This document shows, in pieces, positions 32,058-42,352 of a DNA stretch of 64,000 bases (positions within the stretch are counted from its first letter, which is position 1; each line of letters starts with the position of its first letter). Source of the DNA: an uncultured Planctomycetia bacterium. GTDB lineage: Bacteria; Omnitrophota; Gorgyraeia; Gorgyraeales; Gorgyraeaceae. The notes below the pieces were generated by a model. That model was not told the DNA's origin, did not search any database, and worked only from the letters and a program-made list of their open reading frames with translations. Location of the stretch: assembly GCA_964566255.1 (NCBI GenBank), contig CAZMID010000004.1, forward strand, positions 3,441-67,440, read 5' to 3'. A program made the translations under genes and the position numbers.

Positions 32058-33956
32058 TTAATCTCTATCTATAAACCTTCTATGCCATAATTCCAAGATA
32101 AGAAGACCCCACAGATGCTGTCCATAATTATTTTTGCCTTTTATATGTGCCTCTATAACCTGACAAAGCGAATCTCGCTTAAAATAACCCCTCTCCAATG
32201 CCCTTGGTGAAAGGACAATATCTACCAAATAACGCCTTAGAGGACCTCTAAACCACTCATCCACTGGAACAGCAAAACCTCTTTTTGCTCGCTTTAAAAC
32301 TTTATCAGGCACTAAGCCTTTAAGGGTTCTTTTAAAGATATACTTCAAAGAAAAATTACGGATCTTAAAATCAGACGGAAGAGATGCCAAAAATTCCATA
32401 AGGTGCTGATCTAACAATGGAGATCTTGTCTCTAATGAATTTGCCATACTGGCTATATCCATCTTCACCAATAAGTCATTTTGTAATCCAAATACAGTAT
32501 CTACATATAATGCTGCATCTATACTGTCCAGCCTACTAGCAATAGAGAATGCATCCGTCAGGAACCTGCTTGAATCTAAGGTATTAGTCTTCTTTTTAAA
32601 CTCATCTGTATATAATTTTCTTTTAAAGTCTTCTGAAAAAAATCCTATCCAGTGCATATGGCGATGGGCCCTATTGAGTTCTGTGGCGTCTAAAAAACGT
32701 CTTATACTGCCAGGAGATCTTGGGTTGGTAGGTTTATCTGGAAACGCATTAAAAAACATCTTTAAGGGGGACCTATTTATCATTTTTGATACAGGTCCAA
32801 AAACCTCTGCCATGTGTCCTGCTAAATGCCTTCTATATCCCCCAAAAATCTCATCACCTCCATCTCCATTCAGTGCTACTTTTACTCCTTCCCTAGCTAC
32901 CTTACATGCATAATAAGTAGGAAGGGCTGAAGAATCAGCAAATGGTTCACCATAGTGCTCAACAAGCGTGGGTAAGCACTCCATGGCATTTGGAGTTATA
33001 TGCTTTTGGGAATGCCTTGTAGCAAAATAATCAGCAATAAAGTTAGCATATGGGAGCTCATTAAATTGCTCTTCGCCAAAACCTATAGAAAATGTGCGAA
33101 GACTTTTTATTTTTGACTGGCTCATAAATGCTGTTACACAACTTGAATCAACGCCTCCACTTAGAAGAGTACCTAATGGAACATCACTAACTAACCTCGC
33201 ATCAACGGCATCTTTTAAAAGTGCCTGTATCTGGCTTATACCTTCTTCCTCGGTTATCTTTATCTTCTTAGAAAAATCCAACTCCCAATATTTCTTAGTG
33301 ATTACCTTACCATTTTGATATATCAAGATATGAGCAGGAGGAAGCTTTTTTATACTGCGAAAGCCAGTTAAAGGTGCAGGGACACACAAATATGTAAGGT
33401 AGTGATGTATAGCTTCTAAATCTACTTCCCTATCAACATCAGGGTGTTTAAGAATTGCCTTGAATTCTGAGGCAAAAACCAATTTATCATTTAATTGAGA
33501 ATACAATAAAGGTTTCTTCCCTATCCTGTCTCTTGCCAAAACTAATTTCTTCTGCTCTTCATCCCATATAGCAAATGCAAACATCCCTCGAAAATGTCTT
33601 ACCGCATCTTCTCCGTATTCTTCATATGCATGCACAATTACTTCTGTATCAGAATACGTAGAAAAAACATGGCCTTTTTCTTCTAAGGATCTCCTCAATT
33701 GTCTAAAGTTATATATCTCGCCATTATGAATCACCCAGATATTTTTCTTTTCATTATGCATGGGTTGATGACCAGTCTTAAGATCTATAATAGACAATCG
33801 CCTGTGCCCTAAAGCAATAGAAAGACCTGGGTTATTACGCAAATAATATCCTTCATCATCAGGACCACGATGAACCATGGCATCTGCCATTGCCTTTATA
33901 AGAGAAGGTTCTATACTCTTATTATCAAAAGCTAATATCCCTGCTATACCACACAT
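32058..33956 (-). CDS. asnB: Asparagine synthase-like glutamine amidotransferase (likely glycan amidation)
   Basis: MCGIAG, HRGPD, HRRLSIID, NGEIYN, LSGGVDSS, GDGGDE. Confidence 0.93.
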   Translation of the reverse strand: MCGIAGILAFDNKSIEPSLIKAMADAMVHRGPDDEGYYLRNNPGLSIALGHRRLSIIDLKTGHQPMHNEKKNIWVIHNGEIYNFRQLRRSLEEKGHVFSTYSDTEVIVHAYEEYGEDAVRHFRGMFAFAIWDEEQKKLVLARDRIGKKPLLYSQLNDKLVFASEFKAILKHPDVDREVDLEAIHHYLTYLCVPAPLTGFRSIKKLPPAHILIYQNGKVITKKYWELDFSKKIKITEEEGISQIQALLKDAVDARLVSDVPLGTLLSGGVDSSCVTAFMSQSKIKSLRTFSIGFGEEQFNELPYANFIADYFATRHSQKHITPNAMECLPTLVEHYGEPFADSSALPTYYACKVAREGVKVALNGDGGDEIFGGYRRHLAGHMAEVFGPVSKMINRSPLKMFFNAFPDKPTNPRSPGSIRRFLDATELNRAHRHMHWIGFFSEDFKRKLYTDEFKKKTNTLDSSRFLTDAFSIASRLDSIDAALYVDTVFGLQNDLLVKMDIASMANSLETRSPLLDQHLMEFLASLPSDFKIRNFSLKYIFKRTLKGLVPDKVLKRAKRGFAVPVDEWFRGPLRRYLVDIVLSPRALERGYFKRDSLCQVIEAHIKGKNNYGQHLWGLLILELWHRRFIDRD

Positions 33957-35122
33957 TAATCCACTCCTGTAAAAGTTGCCAATGCCTTATTATAAATACT
34001 CTCGTAGGTTTCAAGCATATGGCGTTGAGTAAAACGCTCTTGAAAAATTTGTTTTGCTTTTTTTCCAAAACGCATTCTCTTTTCTTCATCTTTAACCAAA
34101 TCCAATATTGCATCTGCTAGTCTCACCGGATCTCTCGCTGGCACTAATAATCCTGATTCATCGTGCTTGATAATTTCTGGTATCCCTCCTACCTTTGTTG
34201 CGACAATTGGCTTTTCAAAACACATTGCCTCAAGTAAAGACGTCGGACACCCTTCTGATATAGAACCTATTATAAAAATATCTGTTATAGATAAAAGGTC
34301 ATTCTTCCTTTTGTCTTCTAAATTACCTAAGAAATAAACATTCGCATTTAGGCCGAGATCTGACATTCTCTTCTCTAATCGTTCTTTATCCGGTCCATCT
34401 CCAGCAATAAAGAGTTTTACATCTGAGTATTTCGTAAGTACTAAAGAAAGGGCTTCTAAGATATTATCATAATCCTTTACTTCATTTAAAGTCCCAATTG
34501 CCGAAACAATCAATTTCTTATCTCCTGAAGAGTTAATTCGAAAATCCTTAATATCCCCTCCTGAAGAAGTATGAGATGCATTTATTCCTGCAGCCAATAC
34601 TGTTTTTATCTTTTTGGGATCTGCTTTAATGCCATTACGATCAATAAGATCCTGCCTTACAGCTTCTGAAACAGCTATTAGTCTATCTGAATATCGATAG
34701 ATAAATCTATAAACAAAGGAAGCAATCCTTCTTTTTAATCGCAAACTACCTTTTTCCAAAACCATAAAATTAAACCCGTTTATAGTATTCAAAATGCAAG
34801 GTCTTCCAGAAAACCTCCGTGCTACGATGCCACAAAAATCACTTGTATAAAGCATAGTATGTATAATATCGATCTTGTTCTCCTTTATAAACTTTGCTAC
34901 GCGCAGAATAATCCCGAGATTCATAAAACTCCTTCGGGGATCTACCAAAAGTACCTTTTTTGTCAAGAGGCTGAATTTTTCTGTATAATAGCCTCCGGCG
35001 GGACAGACAATATATTTTTCAAATCTGGCATTATCCAAAGATTCCAAGAACGTATAAACAAAATTCTCAGCGCCTCCCATATTAGAAGATGCTATAATAT
35101 ATAATATCCGTATTTTATTCAT
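33956..35122 (-). CDS. Glycosyltransferase family 4
   Basis: MGGAE, SISEGCPTSLLEAM, VGGIPE. Confidence 0.88.
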   Translation of the reverse strand: MNKIRILYIIASSNMGGAENFVYTFLESLDNARFEKYIVCPAGGYYTEKFSLLTKKVLLVDPRRSFMNLGIILRVAKFIKENKIDIIHTMLYTSDFCGIVARRFSGRPCILNTINGFNFMVLEKGSLRLKRRIASFVYRFIYRYSDRLIAVSEAVRQDLIDRNGIKADPKKIKTVLAAGINASHTSSGGDIKDFRINSSGDKKLIVSAIGTLNEVKDYDNILEALSLVLTKYSDVKLFIAGDGPDKERLEKRMSDLGLNANVYFLGNLEDKRKNDLLSITDIFIIGSISEGCPTSLLEAMCFEKPIVATKVGGIPEIIKHDESGLLVPARDPVRLADAILDLVKDEEKRMRFGKKAKQIFQERFTQRHMLETYESIYNKALATFTGVD

Positions 35123-36225
35123 CTTTTTCTTTCTAAAACATTCTCATTTAAAAAACTATACAATGCTTCCGCGACTAATTTGTTCCCTTTTTCATTAAAA
35201 TGAGGGTCAAACCTGAAATAATACTTTCTTTTATCCTGCCTATATTCATGGCTAATTTCAGAAAAGCTGGCGTAAAAAAAGCCTAAATCATTACTTAATT
35301 TACTAAAATAATCTGCATTATTTTCCGACTTATCATCCTTTAATAAAAAGGTTAAAAGGCTTCCTCCATTCTGCTTTAAGGTATCAAGGATGTCCTTAAT
35401 AACAAAAGTGGAAATCCTCTCGTTCAATTCTTTATTGTCAATGTAAAGATATCTTTTATTCTGAGGATATTTTAAAATACCTTTTTTAAAACCCAGCGAC
35501 ACCCCTATTTTTCTCAAAAAGATATTTCCATCAGAAGCTATCCTTAAAAAACCATATAATGCTGAATGTTTACGCAAGCCTCTCTTTAAAAACTCAATTT
35601 TATCCTTCACATATATGGCCCTATCGGGTTTAGGAACCGGAACCCCTTTTAACATCAGCTTTTCATCTTTCAAATTATAATATGGTCTATAATATCGCTG
35701 CACTATATCAGCTGCGAGAAAAGTCCCATCACTTACAACATCCAAATCGCCAGTCACTACAGCGATAATAAGCAAGTCTGGTTTATATTTTTTATATAAC
35801 GATTGAAATAAAATATGATACTGTGTTAAATTATAACCTCTCACACCAGCATTAATCACCTCTACATCTTTATTATTTTTATTACACATGGTCTCTGTCA
35901 AATATGAAAACCTCTTATGCTGTTGAATCCCTAACCCTTCACTAAAAGAATCGCCCAATATTAAAATACGATATACAGAATCTTCTTTATTCCCTATATC
36001 CAATCTTCCACGAATTCCATCTTCATTTATATGATATTTCACTTTCCATTCAAATCCACTGTCTATGGCATCTATATCTGGAATAAGTGACCACCCCAAC
36101 TTTTCATGGTATTGAATAAACTCTCTTTTATCGCTCTCTCCATGAAACCCCGCTATCCTTAATGAGATTTCAGGGATTAAAAATATAACAATAAGTAAAT
36201 AAACCACATATCTAATAGTTTTCAT
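35119..36225 (-). CDS. Membrane-anchored SGNH/GDSL-family protein (O-acyl transferase or esterase)
   Basis: N-terminal TM, LGDSF, INAGVRGY, DPHFN. Confidence 0.78.
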   Translation of the reverse strand: MKTIRYVVYLLIVIFLIPEISLRIAGFHGESDKREFIQYHEKLGWSLIPDIDAIDSGFEWKVKYHINEDGIRGRLDIGNKEDSVYRILILGDSFSEGLGIQQHKRFSYLTETMCNKNNKDVEVINAGVRGYNLTQYHILFQSLYKKYKPDLLIIAVVTGDLDVVSDGTFLAADIVQRYYRPYYNLKDEKLMLKGVPVPKPDRAIYVKDKIEFLKRGLRKHSALYGFLRIASDGNIFLRKIGVSLGFKKGILKYPQNKRYLYIDNKELNERISTFVIKDILDTLKQNGGSLLTFLLKDDKSENNADYFSKLSNDLGFFYASFSEISHEYRQDKRKYYFRFDPHFNEKGNKLVAEALYSFLNENVLERKR

Positions 36226-37154
36226 ATATCGTGTTGTCCCCTTGAAAATAGAAACTTTCCTATAAAATTCGTATAGCTACATGGTAGACAAGTCACAAGA
36301 AATCCTAGATAAAAATACAAACAAAAGGACATTTCTTTGAGTTTAACAAAGAAATAATCCCTTGCTTTAATCTTCATACCCCTTTGTAAATATAGTATAC
36401 CCAGATCAAATTGAAATCTCTGTTTTTTCTTTTTAAGCATATTTGTCGTAATCTTATCTACAAAATTTATATTTTTGTCTATTATATTAACTGATTCCGT
36501 AAGTGCAATATCCTTTCTTCTAGAAAAACTCCCTTCATGAATCCTATATTCCGCAAGAGGTTGATTAATAAAAGTCATTGGATACCGCCTTGACATTCTA
36601 AGAAAAAAATCCCAATCTTCAACAATCTTATATTGTGGATTAAAGAGTCCTATCTCTTTGAAAATATCTTTTCTGACTACAGCCGTTATAATAGGAATGA
36701 AATTCTCTTTCAATAACTCTCTAAAAACCATTCCCCTATGTGGTCGATATATCTCAAATAGTGTGTTATTCCTTCTTCTTCCTTTTTTATCAATTATATA
36801 AGCATCGGAAAAACAAAGGTAAAGACCTCTATCTTCTTCCAATAAAGTCAATCCTACTTTAAGTCTTTCAGGAAGCCAGATGTCATCATGGTCTAAAAAG
36901 GCGATGTATTCACCTCTGGCTACTGCAATCCCCGTGTTTCTGGCAAGAGATAAGCCTTGATTCTCCTTCAGGATATAAGTCAACCGATCCTTATATTTAG
37001 AAATGACTTTACCTGTTCCATCGCAAGAACCATCGTCAACTACTATTACTTCAAAATCCTGATAGCTTTGGTTAAATACACTATCTAGGGTTTTGTCTAT
37101 AAATTGTTCTGCATTATAAGCAGGTATTATAATACTGACTTTTGGTATCTTCAT
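36222..37154 (-). CDS. Glycosyltransferase family 2
   Basis: IIPAYN, VDDGS, ARNTG, FLDHDD, EDWD. Confidence 0.9.
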   Translation of the reverse strand: MKIPKVSIIIPAYNAEQFIDKTLDSVFNQSYQDFEVIVVDDGSCDGTGKVISKYKDRLTYILKENQGLSLARNTGIAVARGEYIAFLDHDDIWLPERLKVGLTLLEEDRGLYLCFSDAYIIDKKGRRRNNTLFEIYRPHRGMVFRELLKENFIPIITAVVRKDIFKEIGLFNPQYKIVEDWDFFLRMSRRYPMTFINQPLAEYRIHEGSFSRRKDIALTESVNIIDKNINFVDKITTNMLKKKKQRFQFDLGILYLQRGMKIKARDYFFVKLKEMSFCLYFYLGFLVTCLPCSYTNFIGKFLFSRGQHDI

Positions 37155-38713
37155 CTTTTGCTGGTAAAAAATCCCCTCTTAATTATTGTCTTTGCTATCT
37201 TTTCATTTTTTGAAGCCTTGAAACCAATATATACATTTTGTGCCTTCTTGTGTCTAATTCTCTTTTTTATCTTTATCTTGATTTGATTAGGAACTAACGA
37301 CTTAAAAAACAACATAGGGTCCTTAAAAATACATCGGAGCTGATTCTTCTTTCGCTCTTGACTAACCAACCTAATCACATCTTCTCCCCTCCAGTCTTCT
37401 GTATCTATATTGGGATTACGAATAGATAGGTGATCGAAATCAAAATCTTTTTTAAAATATTTTCTGTCCTTACAAATATTGTAAAGTTCGGTACCTGGAT
37501 ATGGAGTAGCCATGGATATGTGCTGTGCATTACAAAGTCCTAAAGACCTGGCAAAGCGAAAGGTCTCTTTTATTTGTCCTAAAGTTTCTCCTGGCATACC
37601 AACAACCAAAAACAGAATAACTTCTATTCCTATCTTCCGAGCATGTTTAACCAAGCGTGGAATCTTCTCCAGATCTACAGGTTTTTTTATAATAGCTTCT
37701 AATACAGATTTATTTCCTGATTCAACGCCTAGACCAATCTGGTAGCACCCACTTAGTTTCATTTTATCCAGTAGAACCTCATCAAGAGTAGCAACTGCTA
37801 TTCCATTAGGAGTCCGCCATATTAAATCAAATCTTTCTCTTATAATCCCTTCAAAAATATCAAAGGCCCTTTTTCTATCCAGCAACATATTATCATCTTC
37901 AAAAAGAAGCTCTTTTATACCATAAGTATCTACCAAATACCTTATCTCATTTAATATATTTGCCGCTGACCTAGTCCTATATCTCCTACTCCAGACCTTA
38001 TGGGTAGAACAAAACGTACACTTAAAAGGGCAACCTCTTGAAGTCAATATGGATGCATGAGGGGATTTTCGATTTAGACCATGTGCCATTTTGGACCTAA
38101 AATATTTCTCCATGGGTAAAAGATGTCTTGCTGGAAAAGGAAGAGAATCTAAATCTTCTATAAATCTTTTCTTCTCGTTTATCACTGTCCTACCATTAGA
38201 ACGAAATCCTAAGCCATCTATTCTAGATACATCCCCATCCTCCTCTAAATGCTGCAACAAATCAAGGACTACTCTTTCGCCTTCACCTAGAACCACAAAA
38301 TCTACCGCATGATCATTAAAAACCATGAGAGGCTCTACAGTCGGATGCGGCCCACCCATAATAGTTATTATATTGTTGCTTATCTCCTTAGCTATTCTAC
38401 AAATCATATGTGCATTTTTGCGCTGCATTGTAAAAAGACTTGATACTCCAACTACCTGAGGAGAAAATTGTTCGATCTCTTTCCTTATATGACCAGGTGT
38501 CAGGCCCACTAATACTCTTTCATCATCAATCTCTTTTTCATTCTCCAGTCCCTCAACAAAGGCATCTAGTAATCGAACTTCATATCCACTGCGCTCCAAC
38601 ACTGCTGCAATATAAGCCAATCCTAAGGGAACATTCGGATTCATATCGCTCTTGTCCTTCAGCACAAAAGCTGGGGGCTGAATTAACATAATCCTATCTA
38701 TTTTTCTATTCAT
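37151..38713 (-). CDS. Cobalamin-binding radical SAM protein #2
   Basis: PLGLAYIAA, GGPHPT, GEGE, SRGCPFKCTFC, GVESG, PYPGT. Confidence 0.9.
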   Translation of the reverse strand: MNRKIDRIMLIQPPAFVLKDKSDMNPNVPLGLAYIAAVLERSGYEVRLLDAFVEGLENEKEIDDERVLVGLTPGHIRKEIEQFSPQVVGVSSLFTMQRKNAHMICRIAKEISNNIITIMGGPHPTVEPLMVFNDHAVDFVVLGEGERVVLDLLQHLEEDGDVSRIDGLGFRSNGRTVINEKKRFIEDLDSLPFPARHLLPMEKYFRSKMAHGLNRKSPHASILTSRGCPFKCTFCSTHKVWSRRYRTRSAANILNEIRYLVDTYGIKELLFEDDNMLLDRKRAFDIFEGIIRERFDLIWRTPNGIAVATLDEVLLDKMKLSGCYQIGLGVESGNKSVLEAIIKKPVDLEKIPRLVKHARKIGIEVILFLVVGMPGETLGQIKETFRFARSLGLCNAQHISMATPYPGTELYNICKDRKYFKKDFDFDHLSIRNPNIDTEDWRGEDVIRLVSQERKKNQLRCIFKDPMLFFKSLVPNQIKIKIKKRIRHKKAQNVYIGFKASKNEKIAKTIIKRGFFTSKR

Positions 38714-38728
38714 CTATCTTCCTCTTAA

Positions 38729-40825
38729 TTAAAAACTGATCCTTGATCTCAAAAATTCTTCAAATGCCCCATTGATAGGGAATGTTTCCGGATTTCTATA
38801 GTAAGCATATTCTTTTGTCCTCTGCTCCAAAGCTGCAAGAGGTGGAACTAGTCGTAATATTTGTTTCGGTATTCCCGTTAGTTCAGCGTATAGACTGATC
38901 CAACTAGTTATATATTTTGTTAAATTATACCTATCCAATAAAACACAAAGAGGCAGAGTATTTTTTTTGCGCTCAGAACTTACCAATATTGGATTAAATA
39001 TAAGAGTCGCTAAGTCAAGAAAAGGTAAACACCCTTCTTGAAAATGTTCAAAATCTACTATCTTCAGTTCGTTCTTAGTGAATAAAGTGTTACAAAAATC
39101 ATAATCTCCGTGTTGGGCGCATAGTGGTATAGTAAAGTTTTTAAGCCTACATAACTCTTCCTTTAATCCACCAATAGATTTTTTTGCATCTTCTGTTAAT
39201 AGGCTATGCTTTTCTAATATTTTTTTCTGATCCTCTAAAAATGATATCAGATATGGTGTTGACTCGACCTGTGTCTTTATCGTATGTTTCTGAAAGCTCG
39301 CAAGAAACCTGATCGCCATCTTAATTTCTCGATCGAGATATTCTAATTTTGTCTTTAAACGATCGTTAAAAGTGAATACTGAATTTTTAGCTTCGACAAA
39401 CTCTGTCACCATAAAGGTAACATCATCTATGGTGCCATAGTATAACAATTTTGGGATATTTGAAACTAACCTTGTATCTTTGAGCAAAAAATCAACTCTT
39501 TTTAAATTTTTCGATTCAGCATCCAAAATGTCAATAGATTCTCTATTGCGACAAACTTTGCAAAAATATCTTGGCCTATTTTTATTGTCACTATAAACCC
39601 AATAATTGACTGTAAGGTCATTTCCTGGGCGACTGTCACATTTTACAATCTTTACGTTGGAAGATTCATTAGTTATTAAGCCTGCTAGCCTCAATAATTT
39701 AATCAACCTCGGCTCATTATTTGCTATAGAAGAGCCTTTGACAGCAATAGCAATTATACTCGGCGACAACCATTTCAATAAACCCTTTGGAAGAAACCTT
39801 AATAGGATTCTATTCAAGATTCCTTTTGTAGATGATATCTCTTTTTTTAAATTCTTGATCAAATCCAAAGGGATCACTTCTGATGGTGTTATATAATGCA
39901 TAAAAGCTCCATAAAAATCAATATTCCTAAATCCACTTTCTTTCAGTAATGACCTATATCCCGGTATACCATGGACATGAGTTCTGTATTCACGTTTCAG
40001 AATCAATTTTGTAAGTAGATTAGCTATGGATCTCGGCATAAATGATATAAATGGAATATTCATGTGATCATCGGGATAGCCTGCTAAATATATGTATCCA
40101 ATTCTATTCTCAATCGCCAAGTAGATACACCCTCCTGGCTTAATAACTCGCCTTATTTCCCGTAAAACTCGGAGCTGGATTGTCTTTGGATCTTCAGAAT
40201 ATCTCAGAGCTTTTTCAGCTCGAAGTCCGCGTCCAAATTTCTTCCAATGTCTTTCTAAAACAACTTCTTCTTCAAGAGCAACCCATTCTAGAACCCCACT
40301 CAGAACAACTAAATCAAAAAAATCATCAGCAAAAGGTAATTTCTCAAGCCCGGAGGCTACAGTATGGATATTAGAAAAACCCATTTGTTGCGCACGGATT
40401 CTCAGAAATTCAAGGGTTTCTACTGTCTTATCAACGGCATAAACTTCACTATGAAATTGGGCTGCCGGGACTGCGATACCACCCCACATACTACCAGCAT
40501 CTAAAATTTTTGAATCTTTTGTGCAAGGCCATAAAAATTGGGAATCTGCCCTATTAAAAGATACAAAATGGTCCATATACTGAGGTACTGTCTTTTTAGC
40601 TGTTCCAAGCCAATCACCGCTAATATCAGCAAGCCTATTTAGTTCTTGCATCTTTTCCCGACTGACATTACACCAATATCCAGCTCTATCTCTAAAATCA
40701 GGTGTGTCATTAATAACAGGGTAATCTTTTCTGCACGATGAACAGATCAATTTATTATGATCGTGACTCAAAAAAGAATGGCACTTTGGACAAACTAAAT
40801 CGTCAAAAATACGGATATTCTTCAT
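38729..40825 (-). CDS. Trm112-like Zn finger / SAM methyltransferase / APH-type kinase fusion protein
   Basis: CPKC..CSSC...YP, ILDAGSMWGG, LPFADDFFDLV, KPGG; C-terminal HGDxxxxN and VDFE. Confidence 0.75.
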   Translation of the reverse strand: MKNIRIFDDLVCPKCHSFLSHDHNKLICSSCRKDYPVINDTPDFRDRAGYWCNVSREKMQELNRLADISGDWLGTAKKTVPQYMDHFVSFNRADSQFLWPCTKDSKILDAGSMWGGIAVPAAQFHSEVYAVDKTVETLEFLRIRAQQMGFSNIHTVASGLEKLPFADDFFDLVVLSGVLEWVALEEEVVLERHWKKFGRGLRAEKALRYSEDPKTIQLRVLREIRRVIKPGGCIYLAIENRIGYIYLAGYPDDHMNIPFISFMPRSIANLLTKLILKREYRTHVHGIPGYRSLLKESGFRNIDFYGAFMHYITPSEVIPLDLIKNLKKEISSTKGILNRILLRFLPKGLLKWLSPSIIAIAVKGSSIANNEPRLIKLLRLAGLITNESSNVKIVKCDSRPGNDLTVNYWVYSDNKNRPRYFCKVCRNRESIDILDAESKNLKRVDFLLKDTRLVSNIPKLLYYGTIDDVTFMVTEFVEAKNSVFTFNDRLKTKLEYLDREIKMAIRFLASFQKHTIKTQVESTPYLISFLEDQKKILEKHSLLTEDAKKSIGGLKEELCRLKNFTIPLCAQHGDYDFCNTLFTKNELKIVDFEHFQEGCLPFLDLATLIFNPILVSSERKKNTLPLCVLLDRYNLTKYITSWISLYAELTGIPKQILRLVPPLAALEQRTKEYAYYRNPETFPINGAFEEFLRSRISF

Positions 40826-41655
40826 ATAGACAAATCTCTTATTTTATCTTCCACTTTCTTCTCTGCCCAACCCCCCTTTGCCACAATATAGAAAGAGGCA
40901 GAGAAGAGCAAAAAATGCCTTGCTACAAATCCCAAAAACACAACCCATGTGATAAAAATACTTGTGAAGATTTCCAGTAAAAGCAAAAGACATACAAAAT
41001 CGACAGTCTTAGCGTGATCATCCAAGAAATTCTTGATTAGATTATAAAATATACTCTTTTTCTTATTAGCAATCCTATGGGTTTTCTCACTTTTAGTCCT
41101 ATATTCTTTTAGTTCTTCTGATTTAAGGCAGCTCTGAAAAAGAATTTTATAGCCAAACGAGATCAGGTTAGCTGCATAAAACAATGGGATTAATAATGTT
41201 AAATAATAAAATAGCATCATTCCAGATTTTTGAGCCACATAAAGGCCCAGTCCTACCTGAAAACCCAATGTCCCCAGTAAAGCCCCATAAGGATCTAGCA
41301 CGACTCCAGTAATAGAAGTCTGGTTTTTTATTCTTGCAAGATGTCCATCACTCCAATCTAATATTGCTTTTAAGAAAAATATAAAAATTGCAATAAAAAC
41401 CGTCTTGTTTGTAGAGATCGCTAACAAAATGCCCCCAGCTAAGCCCAATAGACCATAAATAATTGATAAGGTATTAGGTTTAATTCTTGTCTTTAACAAA
41501 AAATATACTAATACAGCACTTGATTCCATATACAACCTTGCTTTTAAAAAGGTATAAGGATTTTTTTTCCAGTTGTTAATATATGGGCAATCACTAATCT
41601 TATCCTTATATTGTTCTAATCTAAGCTGCCTGAGTGTTATGTTTTTATTGGTCAT
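40822..41655 (-). CDS. CDP-alcohol phosphotransferase family protein
   Basis: KPNTLS, DWSDGHLAR...GVVLD, multi-TM; start placed at ATG 41655. Confidence 0.82.
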   Translation of the reverse strand: MTNKNITLRQLRLEQYKDKISDCPYINNWKKNPYTFLKARLYMESSAVLVYFLLKTRIKPNTLSIIYGLLGLAGGILLAISTNKTVFIAIFIFFLKAILDWSDGHLARIKNQTSITGVVLDPYGALLGTLGFQVGLGLYVAQKSGMMLFYYLTLLIPLFYAANLISFGYKILFQSCLKSEELKEYRTKSEKTHRIANKKKSIFYNLIKNFLDDHAKTVDFVCLLLLLEIFTSIFITWVVFLGFVARHFLLFSASFYIVAKGGWAEKKVEDKIRDLSI

Positions 41656-42352
41656 ATTTACGAACCCTTTCAACATCTCCTATGAAATCAATCTCTACCC
41701 ATTTTAAGCCATTAATGTCCTCAAAACTAAAATCCACTTTCTTAAAAAGATCTGGCAATATATCCTCATAGCCAATATCAAGATTGCCCTTTTCTATATT
41801 ATTTTCTACAATCCTTCGCAGGATATTTGTTGTCGTCTTTTCCATCTTTAAAAAACCAACCCACTCACCCATTAGGTCAAAATCTCCCTTTAGGCCTCTT
41901 TCTATAGTACAGACTCTTCCTTTCTTTATACCTGCTATACATTCCTCTCCAGCATTTGGAGAAACAGTATCAATAACAATAGAATTAACTCCCTTTGCTT
42001 CCATCAATCTTCTTAATATCTCCTTTTCAAAAAAGACATCTCCATCCATTAAAAGAATAGTATCATCCAATTCCTCCCTTGCCGTCCATAAAGAAAGAAT
42101 ACTACCCCTGGAATAATCAGAATTCGCTATCACTCTAATGCTACCCTTAAAAGGAATAGTCTGAATCTTTTGTTCTACCAAATCTTTCCTATATCCTGTT
42201 ACAACAACTACATCTTCTATGCCAAGCTCCTCAAAATGCTCTAAATATCTTTCAATAAGAGTCTTGTTTCTCGTTTCAATTAAACATTTTGGCTTATCAG
42301 TATAATCTCTTATCCTATTCCCTATCCCTGCAGCTAAAATTATAGCCTTCAT
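41645..42352 (-). CDS. Phosphonate/phosphocholine cytidylyltransferase (PntC/LicC-like)
   Basis: ILAAGIGNRI...KPKCL, MDGD, YED, WVEID; lies next to the AEP genes. Confidence 0.85.
   Translation of the reverse strand: MKAIILAAGIGNRIRDYTDKPKCLIETRNKTLIERYLEHFEELGIEDVVVVTGYRKDLVEQKIQTIPFKGSIRVIANSDYSRGSILSLWTAREELDDTILLMDGDVFFEKEILRRLMEAKGVNSIVIDTVSPNAGEECIAGIKKGRVCTIERGLKGDFDLMGEWVGFLKMEKTTTNILRRIVENNIEKGNLDIGYEDILPDLFKKVDFSFEDINGLKWVEIDFIGDVERVRKYDQ

Noticed and set aside
21508-34113. Short same-strand alternative-frame ORFs at 21508-21702 and 33925-34113
   Set aside because: Nested in larger genes with no motifs or evidence of frameshifting
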